A DNA stretch of 64,000 nt from Candidatus Bathyarchaeia archaeon (GTDB lineage: Archaea; Thermoproteota; Bathyarchaeia; Bathyarchaeales; Bathycorpusculaceae), in the NCBI GenBank assembly GCA_049516875.1, contig JBEKSS010000011.1:47681-111680 (forward strand). Reading direction: 5' to 3'. This document shows positions 29,271-38,476 of this stretch, one piece after another. The number at the start of each line of letters is the position of its first letter. Position 1 is the stretch's first letter. The position numbers were made by a program, and so were the translations under genes. The notes under the pieces were generated by a model, which saw only the letters and a list, made by a program, of their open reading frames with translations, ran no database searches and was not told the origin of the DNA.

Positions 29271-29711
29271 GTGAAAAACGAGGGGGTCTATGGAACGTTG
29301 CGGGCTCGTGTGCCTTACAACGTTCTGGTGGCCCGTCGTATTTTTCAACTTCGACGAAGCGTTAGGCTTGATACGCAGCGTTTGAGGACGAGGACGATTG
29401 AGCGGTTGGATCAGCTTTTTGCTTTTGCCACGTTGATTGCGAGTGGGCAGATGAAGTGGCAGAGGGTTGAGGGTGAGGAGCGGCCGATAACGTTGAAGCA
29501 GCGGCAGATGTGGGCGCATGTGGCTGCCTACATTGGGCAGATTATGGGTAACCTCGCAAACGGCTATGACGAGAGGCAGGTGGACGAGGATTTAGCTGAA
29601 CTGGAACGGCTTGTGGATGAGATCAAGAAACAAATCAAGGCTAAGGGGGCTCAAGCAGGAATTCCAGGAGACCAGAAGCCAGGGGACAACTCCAAACCTA
29701 GCACTGCCTGA
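29271..29711 (+). CDS. Helical protein upstream of the terminase fragment (possible terminase small subunit)
   Basis: Overlaps the start of the TerL-like fragment; the assignment is positional only. Confidence 0.5.
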   Translation: MKNEGVYGTLRARVPYNVLVARRIFQLRRSVRLDTQRLRTRTIERLDQLFAFATLIASGQMKWQRVEGEERPITLKQRQMWAHVAAYIGQIMGNLANGYDERQVDEDLAELERLVDEIKKQIKAKGAQAGIPGDQKPGDNSKPSTA

Positions 29712-29826
29712 AGACCCCGTTCAGTTTGTTCAAGTACTCTTCGGCTTCACACCCAAGGAATACCAGGCCAGCCTCCTACGGGACGAGAAGAAGGGGATTG
29801 TTGTCCGCTGCTCTCAGCAGGCGTGA
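29617..29826 (+). pseudogene. Truncated terminase large subunit N-terminus
   Basis: PEDPVQFVQVLFGFTPKEYQASLLRDEKKGIVVRCSQQA* resembles the TerL adenine-binding YQ motif and stops where the RQxGK(T/S) Walker A should be. Confidence 0.7.
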
Positions 29827-29864
29827 AGCCCCCCTTGAAGACAGCTCCAGAAATTTGTAGCCTT

Positions 29865-29896
29865 GTATAGAAGTTTCTATGTATAGACGTTTCTAT
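29865..29896. repeat. Tandem palindromic 16-mers at the 3' end of the ATPase gene
   Basis: GTATAGAAGTTTCTAT followed by GTATAGACGTTTCTAT; the first 16-mer recurs exactly at 31064-31079. Confidence 0.8.
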
Positions 29897-31056
29897 TCTT
29901 TTTGCGTCAGAAAGTAGTTATTGACAATTTTGTCGGTGATTGAGTATTTTCCCTCGTTCTTCTCGATTAGATCGTATTTTTCCAGTTCTTGAAGGTAGAA
30001 GGGAAGGCTGGACAGTTTCAGTTTTATCTGTTTTGATATCTGGGAGGCTGTATTGTTTCCTTGCGAAATTGCTTGGAGGATCCGCTTCAGTCTTGCCTCT
30101 TTTGTTGATGAGCCCAAGTCTTCCTTCAGAATGTAGTTGACGTACAGGTTGAGTGCGCCCGAGGTGCTTGTAAGAATCCTCTCATACGTTTGTCTCAGGG
30201 TTTCTCCGGGTTTCCAGTTTTCTGCCAGCATTATGAGATAGTAGGGATGACCGCCCACGAGTTGCCATGCGCTCTCTGCCTCTTTCTTGCTGCATTCGGC
30301 GGTCTGCATGAACAGCTCAACGGCGTATTTTTCAGACAGCGGGCTTATCTCCATAATGACGAAGTGTCCGAACAGCGGGCTTTCACCTTTTCCCAGCACG
30401 TCTCTCATGAAGTGTACCCTTGACCCGCTTACGACGTATTCGACGTTTTCTCGGTTCTCAAGCACGCTTCTGAACAGTTCAGTTATCGCTTCAAGCTTGG
30501 AATACCGTTTAAATTCGATGAGGCTTGGAAACTCGTCTATGATTATTACGATTCTTCTGCCGCTCTTTTCTGACACTTCGTTGGCGTAGCCGAAAGCTAG
30601 CAGAAAGAGGCTGCGGTAATCTTCGGTCTCTTTCAATTCAGGGTGAATCTGGACTGAGAACTGTCCCTTTTCATCTACCGATGGCTCGATGGTGAAGCTT
30701 AGTTTCTTGAGTTTCTTCAGTGTTCTTATGAGGTTGCTGACGGTGACTTGGGCCTTTTCAATCTTACCAAGATCTTTGGCATAGGCGTTCGTTATCTGCG
30801 ACATCACGTTCTGCGCAAAATCATAGGGTGAGAACCTGTAAACCGAAAGGTCAACGTACACAGTTATTATTCCCTTTCTCTGCAGCTCCTCCCTGACTTT
30901 CAGGAGTATAGTTGTTTTTCCAATTCTCCTCGGACCTATCAAGGCATAGTTAACGTCCTTTAATGGATTTGAGAGACTGCCCACAAGCCTTGTGACTTCC
31001 TCTTCCCTGTTTGTAATCTCCTTACGAGGCTTTCCCACAGTCATATTCGAGGCCAA
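29893..31056 (-). CDS. Archaeal ATPase (AAA+/STAND-like) with a C-terminal wHTH
   Basis: ITNREEEV, GPRRIGKTT, IIIDEFP, VVSGS, SPLFG, GGHPYYL and a C-terminal HTH. Confidence 0.88.
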   Translation of the reverse strand: MASNMTVGKPRKEITNREEEVTRLVGSLSNPLKDVNYALIGPRRIGKTTILLKVREELQRKGIITVYVDLSVYRFSPYDFAQNVMSQITNAYAKDLGKIEKAQVTVSNLIRTLKKLKKLSFTIEPSVDEKGQFSVQIHPELKETEDYRSLFLLAFGYANEVSEKSGRRIVIIIDEFPSLIEFKRYSKLEAITELFRSVLENRENVEYVVSGSRVHFMRDVLGKGESPLFGHFVIMEISPLSEKYAVELFMQTAECSKKEAESAWQLVGGHPYYLIMLAENWKPGETLRQTYERILTSTSGALNLYVNYILKEDLGSSTKEARLKRILQAISQGNNTASQISKQIKLKLSSLPFYLQELEKYDLIEKNEGKYSITDKIVNNYFLTQKE

Positions 31057-31063
31057 GAGCTAA

Positions 31064-31095
31064 GTATAGAAGTTTCTATATATATCAATTTCTAT
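31064..31095. repeat. Palindromic 16-mer plus a degenerate copy at the 5' end of the ATPase gene
   Basis: TATAGAA-GT-TTCTATA has perfect 7-bp arms (31065-31080). Confidence 0.8.
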
Positions 31096-31252
31096 ACCAT
31101 GCGCCCTCTGCACAATATAGTAGAAAAAGAGCGCGTTAGAAAAGGCATTGAAGTGTGTCGTAAGTGAGCTAGTTGAAAGTGATGGAAGAATCATGCAGAA
31201 AGTCAATCTCTTGTACTTCTTTACTCTGCAGCAGCGCGCACGGCGCGCGCTT

Positions 31253-31378
31253 GATGACCAATGGACCGTTAGAGTCGCAACCGACGTGAAAGAGGCCTGC
31301 ACCCTCACAGAAGCAGGCTTCGAATACATCACAGGAGAATACGGCGATGGCGGCAAAATCTTCAGAAAAGGGAAATAG
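31253..31378 (+). pseudogene. Extreme C-terminal fragment of an archaeal tyrosine integrase
   Basis: DDQWTVRVATDVKEACTLTEAGFEYITGEYGDGGKIFRKGK* resembles the xVAxxxxEAxxLxEAGFEY...KIFRKxK tail I recall from TACK integrases; the catalytic domain is absent. Confidence 0.65.
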
Positions 31379-31505
31379 CCCAAATCATCAAGGTACTGTA
31401 AATACAGTCAAAAACTACGTCGATAAGTTTTTATTTACGGCTAGTTGTCTAAGGTAGATACCTAATAAATCTGTTTAGAAGTAGAAGCGTCAGGAATGAT
31501 GGGCG

Positions 31506-31814
31506 ATGGTTAGGAAAGCACGAATACGCTTGACGAGTACGGACTACACAAAACTGGAGGAAGTGTGTGGTGAACTGAAAGTCATCGCCCAGAAAACAGG
31601 AGTCAAGATAAACGGTCCAGTTCCATTACCCACCAAACGTTTGAAAGTTCCAGTGTTGAAGTCGCCGTGTGGCGAAGGAACTGCAACGTGGGACAGGTGG
31701 GAAATGCGTATTCACAAACGTCTGATTGACATTGACGCTGAAGAGCGTGTTATGCGGCGTATCATGCGCATTCGCGTTCCAGAAGAGGTTCATGTTACTA
31801 TAGAGCTTCTCTAG
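31506..31814 (+). CDS. rps10: 30S ribosomal protein S10 (uS10)
   Basis: KARIRLTS...[10 protein letters not shown]...[25 protein letters not shown]. Confidence 0.97.
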   Translation: MVRKARIRLTSTDYTKLEEVCGELKVIAQKTGVKINGPVPLPTKRLKVPVLKSPCGEGTATWDRWEMRIHKRLIDIDAEERVMRRIMRIRVPEEVHVTIELL

Positions 31815-31817
31815 CGT

Positions 31818-32114
31818 TCAAAGCAGAGTTTTCAGCTTTTCCTTGTCCCAGCCGAACAGGGGGCAAGCCTCGCATTTCTCCATAAATTCTAGTCCTTTCT
31901 TCGTTGTCTTGAAGTTTTGTCTCTCGTCGATTTGCAGTAGTCCTCTGTCTACTAGTTCGCCGAGGTACAGTTTAGCCTGCAAGTATGACAGGCCTACGTC
32001 TCTCATCAGTTCAGTTTTCTTTTTTCCAGAAACAGCCCTGTTCATTATTTCAATCGCGATCTCGTGCCTATCTCTGTTAACCATTTGATCCCAACTGAAA
32101 ACTGCTATATCCAT
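31818..32114 (-). CDS. Small archaeal winged-HTH regulator
   Basis: RDRHEIAIEIM...KKTELMRDVGLSY....YLGELVDRGLL....FKTTKKGLEF. Confidence 0.85.
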   Translation of the reverse strand: MDIAVFSWDQMVNRDRHEIAIEIMNRAVSGKKKTELMRDVGLSYLQAKLYLGELVDRGLLQIDERQNFKTTKKGLEFMEKCEACPLFGWDKEKLKTLL

Positions 32115-32160
32115 TCAGTGTTGCCGTTCTACAAAATATATGCCTTTTCCTGTTTGTACT

Positions 32161-32961
32161 TCACGACATTGGGCTAAAAAGAACCAAGTATGTCATGAGA
32201 ACCGCGCTCGCGGCGAAGGTCAAGACCCAGACTCTCTTGTCCCAGACGAAAACTTTCAGTCCATCAAATATTCCGAAGGGAATCAGATTGAAGACAGCTA
32301 TCCAAGCATTGAAAAACGCAATGACTGCAAAGTCCAATGTGTGACTTGGCAACACAGCCGTAGCAACTGAAAAGATCGTTGCCAACACAATATTCGTAGC
32401 GGGTCCTGCGACGGCTGTTTTCCCCATCGTTTTCCGATCGGGACCACCAGCCACCATAACTGCACCTGGGGATATGAACTTCACAAATGGCAAGAATATG
32501 GAAAACAGTGTTAGGACTGCGCCCATCAATGTCAATCTGAACTCTGCCCACAGTCCATGTTTTTGCGCAACTATTTTGTGGGCTATTTCGTGTAAGAGGA
32601 ATGAGGCCGTGAACGCCGCTATGGACAAGGCTAGCAAGAGGTAGTCTCCGTTCATGGTGCTTGCAAAATCCAATGATAGTCCCACGCCGACAACGAGTAT
32701 CGTTGCCAAGGCCAGGTGTCCGATTTCCTTGTTGCTGAAGTGGAATTGTCTCTGCGTTGGCTTGAGCGAAACGTAAGTGTACTCGTTTGGCTTTCGCTCT
32801 TGAACCATTACTGGCGGTGCCTGGTCTTTAGGCAAGCGTGCCTGTGCCATTTGCGGGCAACCGTGGTTTTCTGGCAGCCGATGTTCAGAACAGAAGTAGC
32901 CCCCGCAGTACTGACATCTGAAAGGCAGGAACGTTTCTTGTCCACACTTTTGGCACATCAT
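32161..32961 (-). CDS. AN1-type zinc finger + M50 (site-2) intramembrane metalloprotease
   Basis: CQKC...LPFRCQYCGGYFCSEHRLPENHGC; HEIAH, AGPATN and NLIPFGIFDG motifs. Confidence 0.9.
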   Translation of the reverse strand: MMCQKCGQETFLPFRCQYCGGYFCSEHRLPENHGCPQMAQARLPKDQAPPVMVQERKPNEYTYVSLKPTQRQFHFSNKEIGHLALATILVVGVGLSLDFASTMNGDYLLLALSIAAFTASFLLHEIAHKIVAQKHGLWAEFRLTLMGAVLTLFSIFLPFVKFISPGAVMVAGGPDRKTMGKTAVAGPATNIVLATIFSVATAVLPSHTLDFAVIAFFNAWIAVFNLIPFGIFDGLKVFVWDKRVWVLTFAASAVLMTYLVLFSPMS

Positions 32962-33179
32962 TGCATTGTTTTCACCAGTATCTGTTTCTTTGAAAGAAGG
33001 GCTTATGATGTTTATATGTTTCTATTTTCGTGGAAAGCTGCATTGTTTGTGCTTTCTGGCCTTCATTTTTGATGAATCGAGTTTTCAGGGCCTTTTATGT
33101 GAATAGGGAAGGAAACCACAAGCGAAAAGTAAAGCTCGTAACTTATTTAACATGTCAGAATGATAAACTAACGCGCGTG

Positions 33180-34397
33180 ATGGTGAAGAGTCTGAAGCCT
33201 TTCAGTTTTGTACATGTGGCTGATTTGCACTTGGGCTATTCACAGTATGGCTTGGAAGTTCGTCGTGAAGACTTCGACGGAGCCTTCAAAGAGTTGGTAG
33301 ATAAAACGATGGAACTGAAGCCCGACTTCATGATTATTGCTGGAGATCTCTTCCATCAGGCACGACCTTCCAACATCACGTTAGAAAACAGCATTAGAGA
33401 CTTCAATCGTCTGCGCGAGGCTGGGATCTCAGTGTTGACAGTTGACGGTTCGCACGATTCGGCTCCGAACTCGATAACAGGGACGATTATGAATCCGTTG
33501 GACAGTGCCGGTTTGATTTACCATTTGCCCAGGCATGAAGGAGCGTGTTGGCGAAAGGCCGCCTGTTGTTATGTTTACGGCGTGCCCAACTACAGGAACA
33601 GGCATAGGACAGAAGAGTTGCTTCCGACTTTCATGGAGCAGAACAGGCCAAATCCAGATACATCAGTGTTCAATATCTTCGTTTTCCATATGGCTCTAGA
33701 CCTTCCAAACGTCAAGCCTCCCTACATTGAGGCTGAAGCTACGCCTGAACTCATACCTGAGGGCTTCGACTACTATGCTGCCGGGCACGTGCACAAACCA
33801 TACATGGGAAAGTTCAAGACTGGTCTTCTGGTTTACAGTGGATGCACTGAGACAACAGACTATGTTGAAGCAAGAATCAAGAAAGGCTTCTACTACGTCA
33901 AGGTGAACCAAGAGGGAGTAGCTACTCCAGAATTTACAGAGTTTGAATCCTCTCGCGAATTTGTGATATTGGAGCAAGACTTCACAGGCCTCGCTCCTTC
34001 AAGAATCACGGAGCAGTCCATTCAAGCAGTCAAGGCGGCTGACAAAGAGGGAGCAGTCATTATTCCAGTTCTCAAAGGTATCCTGCCTGCTGGAGCAACT
34101 CGTATAGAAGTTGACGTCGCACGAATTAGAGCGGCTGCGGAGAAGGCTTTGTTGGTGCATCCTGTTGTTTTATTACGTGAGAGTGAAGTCTCAGAAGAGC
34201 TAGTTCGTTCAATCTTCGAGAGTGAAGTCAAGGATTTGAAAACGAAGGCTTTCGAATATTTCTTGCAGATCTTTTCCGAACGTCACAGTAAGGAAGAAGC
34301 AGAAAAAATATCCCACATTGCAGTCAGTCTGATAGAGCCGCTCACTAAGAAGCAGGAGGAAAAAGTGAAACAAGCCATAGAGGAGCTTCTTCAATGA
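33180..34397 (+). CDS. mre11: Mre11 nuclease
   Basis: HVADLHLG, AGDLFH, GSHD and GHVH motifs; coupled to rad50. Confidence 0.9.
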   Translation: MVKSLKPFSFVHVADLHLGYSQYGLEVRREDFDGAFKELVDKTMELKPDFMIIAGDLFHQARPSNITLENSIRDFNRLREAGISVLTVDGSHDSAPNSITGTIMNPLDSAGLIYHLPRHEGACWRKAACCYVYGVPNYRNRHRTEELLPTFMEQNRPNPDTSVFNIFVFHMALDLPNVKPPYIEAEATPELIPEGFDYYAAGHVHKPYMGKFKTGLLVYSGCTETTDYVEARIKKGFYYVKVNQEGVATPEFTEFESSREFVILEQDFTGLAPSRITEQSIQAVKAADKEGAVIIPVLKGILPAGATRIEVDVARIRAAAEKALLVHPVVLLRESEVSEELVRSIFESEVKDLKTKAFEYFLQIFSERHSKEEAEKISHIAVSLIEPLTKKQEEKVKQAIEELLQ

Positions 34398-36481
34398 GAA
34401 TTGAGATTGTGCAACTTGAAAACATTCGTTCACACGTGAAGTCAACAGTGCCCTTTGCGCGGGGATTCAACTGCTTAGTAGGCGGTCTAGGATGTGGCAA
34501 ATCCAGCATCCTGTACTCTATTGATTTCGCACTGTTCGGGGACCCTATTGGCAGAGCCTTTGACTACCTGTTGCGGGAGGATGCAACCGTTGGAAGAGTC
34601 ATTGTTCAATTCACTCAGAACGGAAAGAGCTACAGAATCTTCCGAGCCTTGAAAAGGCATGGGAAAGGCATAAGTCAGGACTTTAACGAGTTGAAGCTTT
34701 TCGTGGGCGAAGACCTGATATCAAGCACAAAAAATGACGCTGTTGCTGAACAACTCAAGGCGATAACAGGCTTGGACAGGGATCTTTTTCGTGAGATAAT
34801 CTGGGTCAGACAAGAGCACCTGAAAGAGTTTCTGAATCTACAGCCGAGGGAAAGACAAAGACGTTTGGACGAGCTGTTTGGCCTGTCAGACTATGAAACA
34901 GCATGGAGCAATCTTGCTGGCTACGTGCGGGAATACGGAGGGGAAAAAAAGGCTTATGAAAAGGACCCTGACGTTGCTGGGATGGAAAAACTCGGTGAAG
35001 AGTACGATAGAACGGCAGTTGAGTTTTCACGAGTCGAGATTGAACTCCAAGACGTTGCGAAGAAGTTGGTCTCTACCAAGAAGGTTTTGGAAGAAGCTGA
35101 TTTGAAGCTCAGAGAGCTGGAAGAAGTCAGAGCGCAGAACGAAGAGCTCAGACGGAAAGAGGCGAAAATACACGCCAACTTGACGAGCATGCAAGAAGCA
35201 AATGCTTCCTTGGTCGAGGAAGTCGAAGGCAAAAGAGGTAGGATTGAAAACCTTCAGCGAAGATTGAACGCCATGGGAAAACAGTTGGAATCCTTCAATT
35301 CGGAACTCAAAGAGCTTGGAATTTCGAATGATCAGCCGATTGAATCATTGAGAAGGCAGATTGCAACATTTGATGACCAAATCTCAAGCCTGAAGGGTGG
35401 GCAGGAGGCGACTCTCAGAAACCTGCAAGCAGACGAGAAGCGACTTTCCTCGCTCTCGTCGGAGAATCGATGTCCACTCTGCATGCAAACTCTGGACGAA
35501 GCCTACAAGGAGGGGTTAACACAACGAATTGTGGAGGAGAATGAAGGGCGAAAAAGAAGAGTGAACCAGCTTCGCGGCTCGATAGAAGAGCTGCAGCAAT
35601 TGAAGGCCAAGGTGAGCACTGTTTTCTCGAATATGCAGATACTTGCTCCTAGGATTGAAGATTTGAAATTGCGACTAAGAGAGGAAAATGATGCGTTGTC
35701 CGAAATCTTGGGTGAGCTGGAAAAGAAACAGAAGTTGGAGAGCGAACTGCGTGTTCAGGTCGAGGTTGTTCGTCAGGAGCTAAACAGGTTCGACATCTCA
35801 AGCTTGGAAACTGCAAAAACAAGAAGGGAGCAAGCCTTTAGGCAGTATTATCTCTTAGAATCCGATTTGCATGCCAAGGAAAACCGCAAAAAAGATTTGA
35901 CTAAACACTTGGATGAAATGAAGGAAAGAATCGACAACGGGCAACAGAAAATCGAGCGCATGAAAAAGATAGAAAAGGTCATCGAGATCATAGAGGGAAT
36001 ACGCAGTGCTTACAGAAGCATACAGCCCAAGCTTCGAACTGAATTTGTGAAAGTCTTGAGAGGTTTTGTTCAACAGGTTCTTGACAGTCTAGCCGGCGAA
36101 GAGGGCCCGTTATTGAATTTGTCGATTGACGAAACCTACACGCCGTACGTGATTAGCGAAGGCAACGTTGAACGAGAAGTTTCGAATTTATCCGGTGGGG
36201 AACGGACAATGCTTGCCTTCGCATACCGTCTCGGCTTGGGCCAGTTGATTATGCAGTCCAGAACAGGCCACGGATTGACCCTGCTTCTGCTTGACGAACC
36301 TACCGAAAGTCTCGGAACAGAAGACGGTTCAGTGCACCGTTTGGCTGAAGCAATTTCCAGGTTCAAAGCGATAGAACAAACGATTGCAGTTACACACAGC
36401 GATGCGTTTGCAGAAAAGGCTGAACATGTAATCAGACTTGAGAAAGAATTGGGCCAAAGCAAGATTTCAGTTGAAAAATGA
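34394..36481 (+). CDS. rad50: Rad50 (SMC-like) ATPase
   Basis: LENIRSH, GCGKSSI, Q-loop VRQE, coiled coils, CPLC zinc hook, LSGGE, LLLLDEPT and VTH. Confidence 0.9.
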   Translation: MRIEIVQLENIRSHVKSTVPFARGFNCLVGGLGCGKSSILYSIDFALFGDPIGRAFDYLLREDATVGRVIVQFTQNGKSYRIFRALKRHGKGISQDFNELKLFVGEDLISSTKNDAVAEQLKAITGLDRDLFREIIWVRQEHLKEFLNLQPRERQRRLDELFGLSDYETAWSNLAGYVREYGGEKKAYEKDPDVAGMEKLGEEYDRTAVEFSRVEIELQDVAKKLVSTKKVLEEADLKLRELEEVRAQNEELRRKEAKIHANLTSMQEANASLVEEVEGKRGRIENLQRRLNAMGKQLESFNSELKELGISNDQPIESLRRQIATFDDQISSLKGGQEATLRNLQADEKRLSSLSSENRCPLCMQTLDEAYKEGLTQRIVEENEGRKRRVNQLRGSIEELQQLKAKVSTVFSNMQILAPRIEDLKLRLREENDALSEILGELEKKQKLESELRVQVEVVRQELNRFDISSLETAKTRREQAFRQYYLLESDLHAKENRKKDLTKHLDEMKERIDNGQQKIERMKKIEKVIEIIEGIRSAYRSIQPKLRTEFVKVLRGFVQQVLDSLAGEEGPLLNLSIDETYTPYVISEGNVEREVSNLSGGERTMLAFAYRLGLGQLIMQSRTGHGLTLLLLDEPTESLGTEDGSVHRLAEAISRFKAIEQTIAVTHSDAFAEKAEHVIRLEKELGQSKISVEK

Positions 36482-36494
36482 AAAGGCCTTTTGC

Positions 36495-37457
36495 ATGCAG
36501 AGAAGAACAAGAAAGACTTCTTTGGCAGAAGGTGCAACCGCAGGGTTTCTCTTTGGGACTGCGTCCATCTTCGTGAGGTTTCTGCAAGACCTGAACGGAT
36601 TCTCAATAGTTTTCTGGCGGTCAGTCATCGCTTGCTTCGCGTTGCTTGTGACATTGCTTGTACTCAGAAAGCCATTTGACCGGCGTCTTGTGAGACAGAA
36701 TTTCAAGGAGTTGTTTGTTCTAGGCTTTTTTCTTGCCCTTCACTTCATACTCTTTGTTCTTGCGGTGAAAGACACTACAATTCTTAATGCGACCGTTCTT
36801 GTAAACACGACTCCGTTCTTCTCACTGGTCGTATCGAGTTTCGTCTTCAAGATAAAACCGTCCCACATGCAACTTGTAGGTTTGTCAGTCTCTTTCATCG
36901 GCTTATGTACAATTGCGCTTGCCGCAAGCGGAACTGCTCATACCGGAGGCTTTTCTCCGAACCTGAAAGGTGATTTGGAAGCTGTGCTAGCAGCGGTAGT
37001 GGAATCTCTTTATCTCAACTATGGCAAGAAAATGCGTAATCAAATGAATGTCCTTTCTTCGATGTTGCCAATCTATGCTTTAGCAGCTGTTGTGGCGGGA
37101 GCTCTAAGCCTCGTTGGTGGGAAAACAGTTTTGACTTTGCCAACGCAGGAAGGAACTATACTTTCGATATTGGGACTGGGTTTGCTTCCGACTGCAATTG
37201 CACACACATTGTATTTCTCGTCTCTGTCAAACCTCAAATCCTTTGAAACCGCGACCATGGCTTTGCTTGAGCCCGTAGGTGCAACGCTGTTGGGTGTGTT
37301 TCTGTTCCAAGAGGTGCCTGCACCCGTGTTCGTGCTGGGGGCAATCGTCGTTTCTGCGGGCATCCTTTTTATTGGCAGAAACCAGAATCAAGAGAGAGCT
37401 CAAGTTCTGCTGAGCGGATCGACAAAAGCAACGTGCTATTGTAGCACATTCAACTGA
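36495..37457 (+). CDS. DMT/EamA-family transporter
   Basis: About 10 hydrophobic segments; NATVLVNTTPFF and LLEPVGATLLGVFLFQE. Confidence 0.9.
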   Translation: MQRRTRKTSLAEGATAGFLFGTASIFVRFLQDLNGFSIVFWRSVIACFALLVTLLVLRKPFDRRLVRQNFKELFVLGFFLALHFILFVLAVKDTTILNATVLVNTTPFFSLVVSSFVFKIKPSHMQLVGLSVSFIGLCTIALAASGTAHTGGFSPNLKGDLEAVLAAVVESLYLNYGKKMRNQMNVLSSMLPIYALAAVVAGALSLVGGKTVLTLPTQEGTILSILGLGLLPTAIAHTLYFSSLSNLKSFETATMALLEPVGATLLGVFLFQEVPAPVFVLGAIVVSAGILFIGRNQNQERAQVLLSGSTKATCYCSTFN

Positions 37458-37514
37458 GTATAATTGCTGTGGAGGAAGATTTAATCTTTAGTCTTTCAGG
37501 AATAGGTATGAGGT

Positions 37515-37799
37515 CTACTCTTCTTCAGCTATTTTCACTTCTTTGACAACTAAAGTGTTGTCTTTGCCGCCTATTACCCTGTAAACGTCTCTTAATTCTT
37601 TTCTGTGTATGAACTTGCGCAAGAGTACCCGCAGATAGGTTCTTGAGATAGCTTCTTCTCCCTCGGCTTTGACTGTGATTTCCTTCATTCCTGCCTCAAC
37701 TTTCGCATGCGTTTTTTCTTCCAGAAAAGCCGTTAGCTCCTTCACGACCTCGCTTCCTTCACTTTTCAGGTCTGAAATATCAATCTTTGTTTCCACCAT
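37515..37799 (-). CDS. Ribosomal protein eL22-like
   Basis: AFLEEK...ISRTYLRVLLRKFIHRKELRDVYRVI parallels eukaryotic eL22 FSKRYLKYLTKKYLKKxxLRDWLRVV; acidic tail. Confidence 0.7.
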   Translation of the reverse strand: MVETKIDISDLKSEGSEVVKELTAFLEEKTHAKVEAGMKEITVKAEGEEAISRTYLRVLLRKFIHRKELRDVYRVIGGKDNTLVVKEVKIAEEE

Positions 37800-37810
37800 G
37801 TTTTGTCACC

Positions 37811-38476
37811 CTATTTTCTAACCATTATCACTCTTACCTGATCACAGGCGTCCTCACACGAGTCTGCAATCATTTCCAACGCCTCAAAAAGTTGGCTTGC
37901 TAGTATCGCTACTCCGGCCTTCGGAAGGTCCTCTGTTCCAATCAGAACTCTGGCCTTTTCGTGTATGTCATCAACCTTTTCCTCTTCTCGTTCTACCATG
38001 TCAGCGGCTTGAAGGGCTTCTCCTGGTTTTGTCATAATTTTGTTCACGCACTTCTGGAGGGAAACAGTGCATTCTTTCACGCTTTTAACCATTTCTATGA
38101 ATGCGTTTTTGATTGTGTCGGGCACGTGTTCCATCGGTATCGCACCTAGCACGCGGGTGGACTCTCTGCTCCAGTCTGCGACCATGTCCACCCTCTTCAC
38201 AAGGTCCATTAGGTCTTCTCTGTCTGTTGGCGAGAGTTCTCCAGTTGAGATTTCGTCCATGACTTTTCTTCGCAAGGAATCTGCTTCTTTCTCGCCGCTG
38301 GCCACTCTTCCTATGCAAGCTTGCATTTCTTTCAAGTCTTCTTCCACTGCTGCTTTTATCGCGTTCTGCAAGTCTTCAACTATGCCTGTTGTCAAAGCTA
38401 GATGCCGCTGGATATTCGCCAAAGCCTTGGTTTCTTTTCGCTTTTCGAACCATTTTATCAGTTCACTCAACGGCAA
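37811..38476 (-). CDS. DUF47 (PhoU-like) protein
   Basis: EKEADSLRR, DREDL..L...D.VAD, EEKVDD and EMIADSCEDACD motifs. Confidence 0.88.
   Translation of the reverse strand: MPLSELIKWFEKRKETKALANIQRHLALTTGIVEDLQNAIKAAVEEDLKEMQACIGRVASGEKEADSLRRKVMDEISTGELSPTDREDLMDLVKRVDMVADWSRESTRVLGAIPMEHVPDTIKNAFIEMVKSVKECTVSLQKCVNKIMTKPGEALQAADMVEREEEKVDDIHEKARVLIGTEDLPKAGVAILASQLFEALEMIADSCEDACDQVRVIMVRK

Noticed and set aside
28870-31500. tRNA or att site beside the integrase remnant
   Set aside because: No cloverleaf or T-loop consensus could be found by eye.
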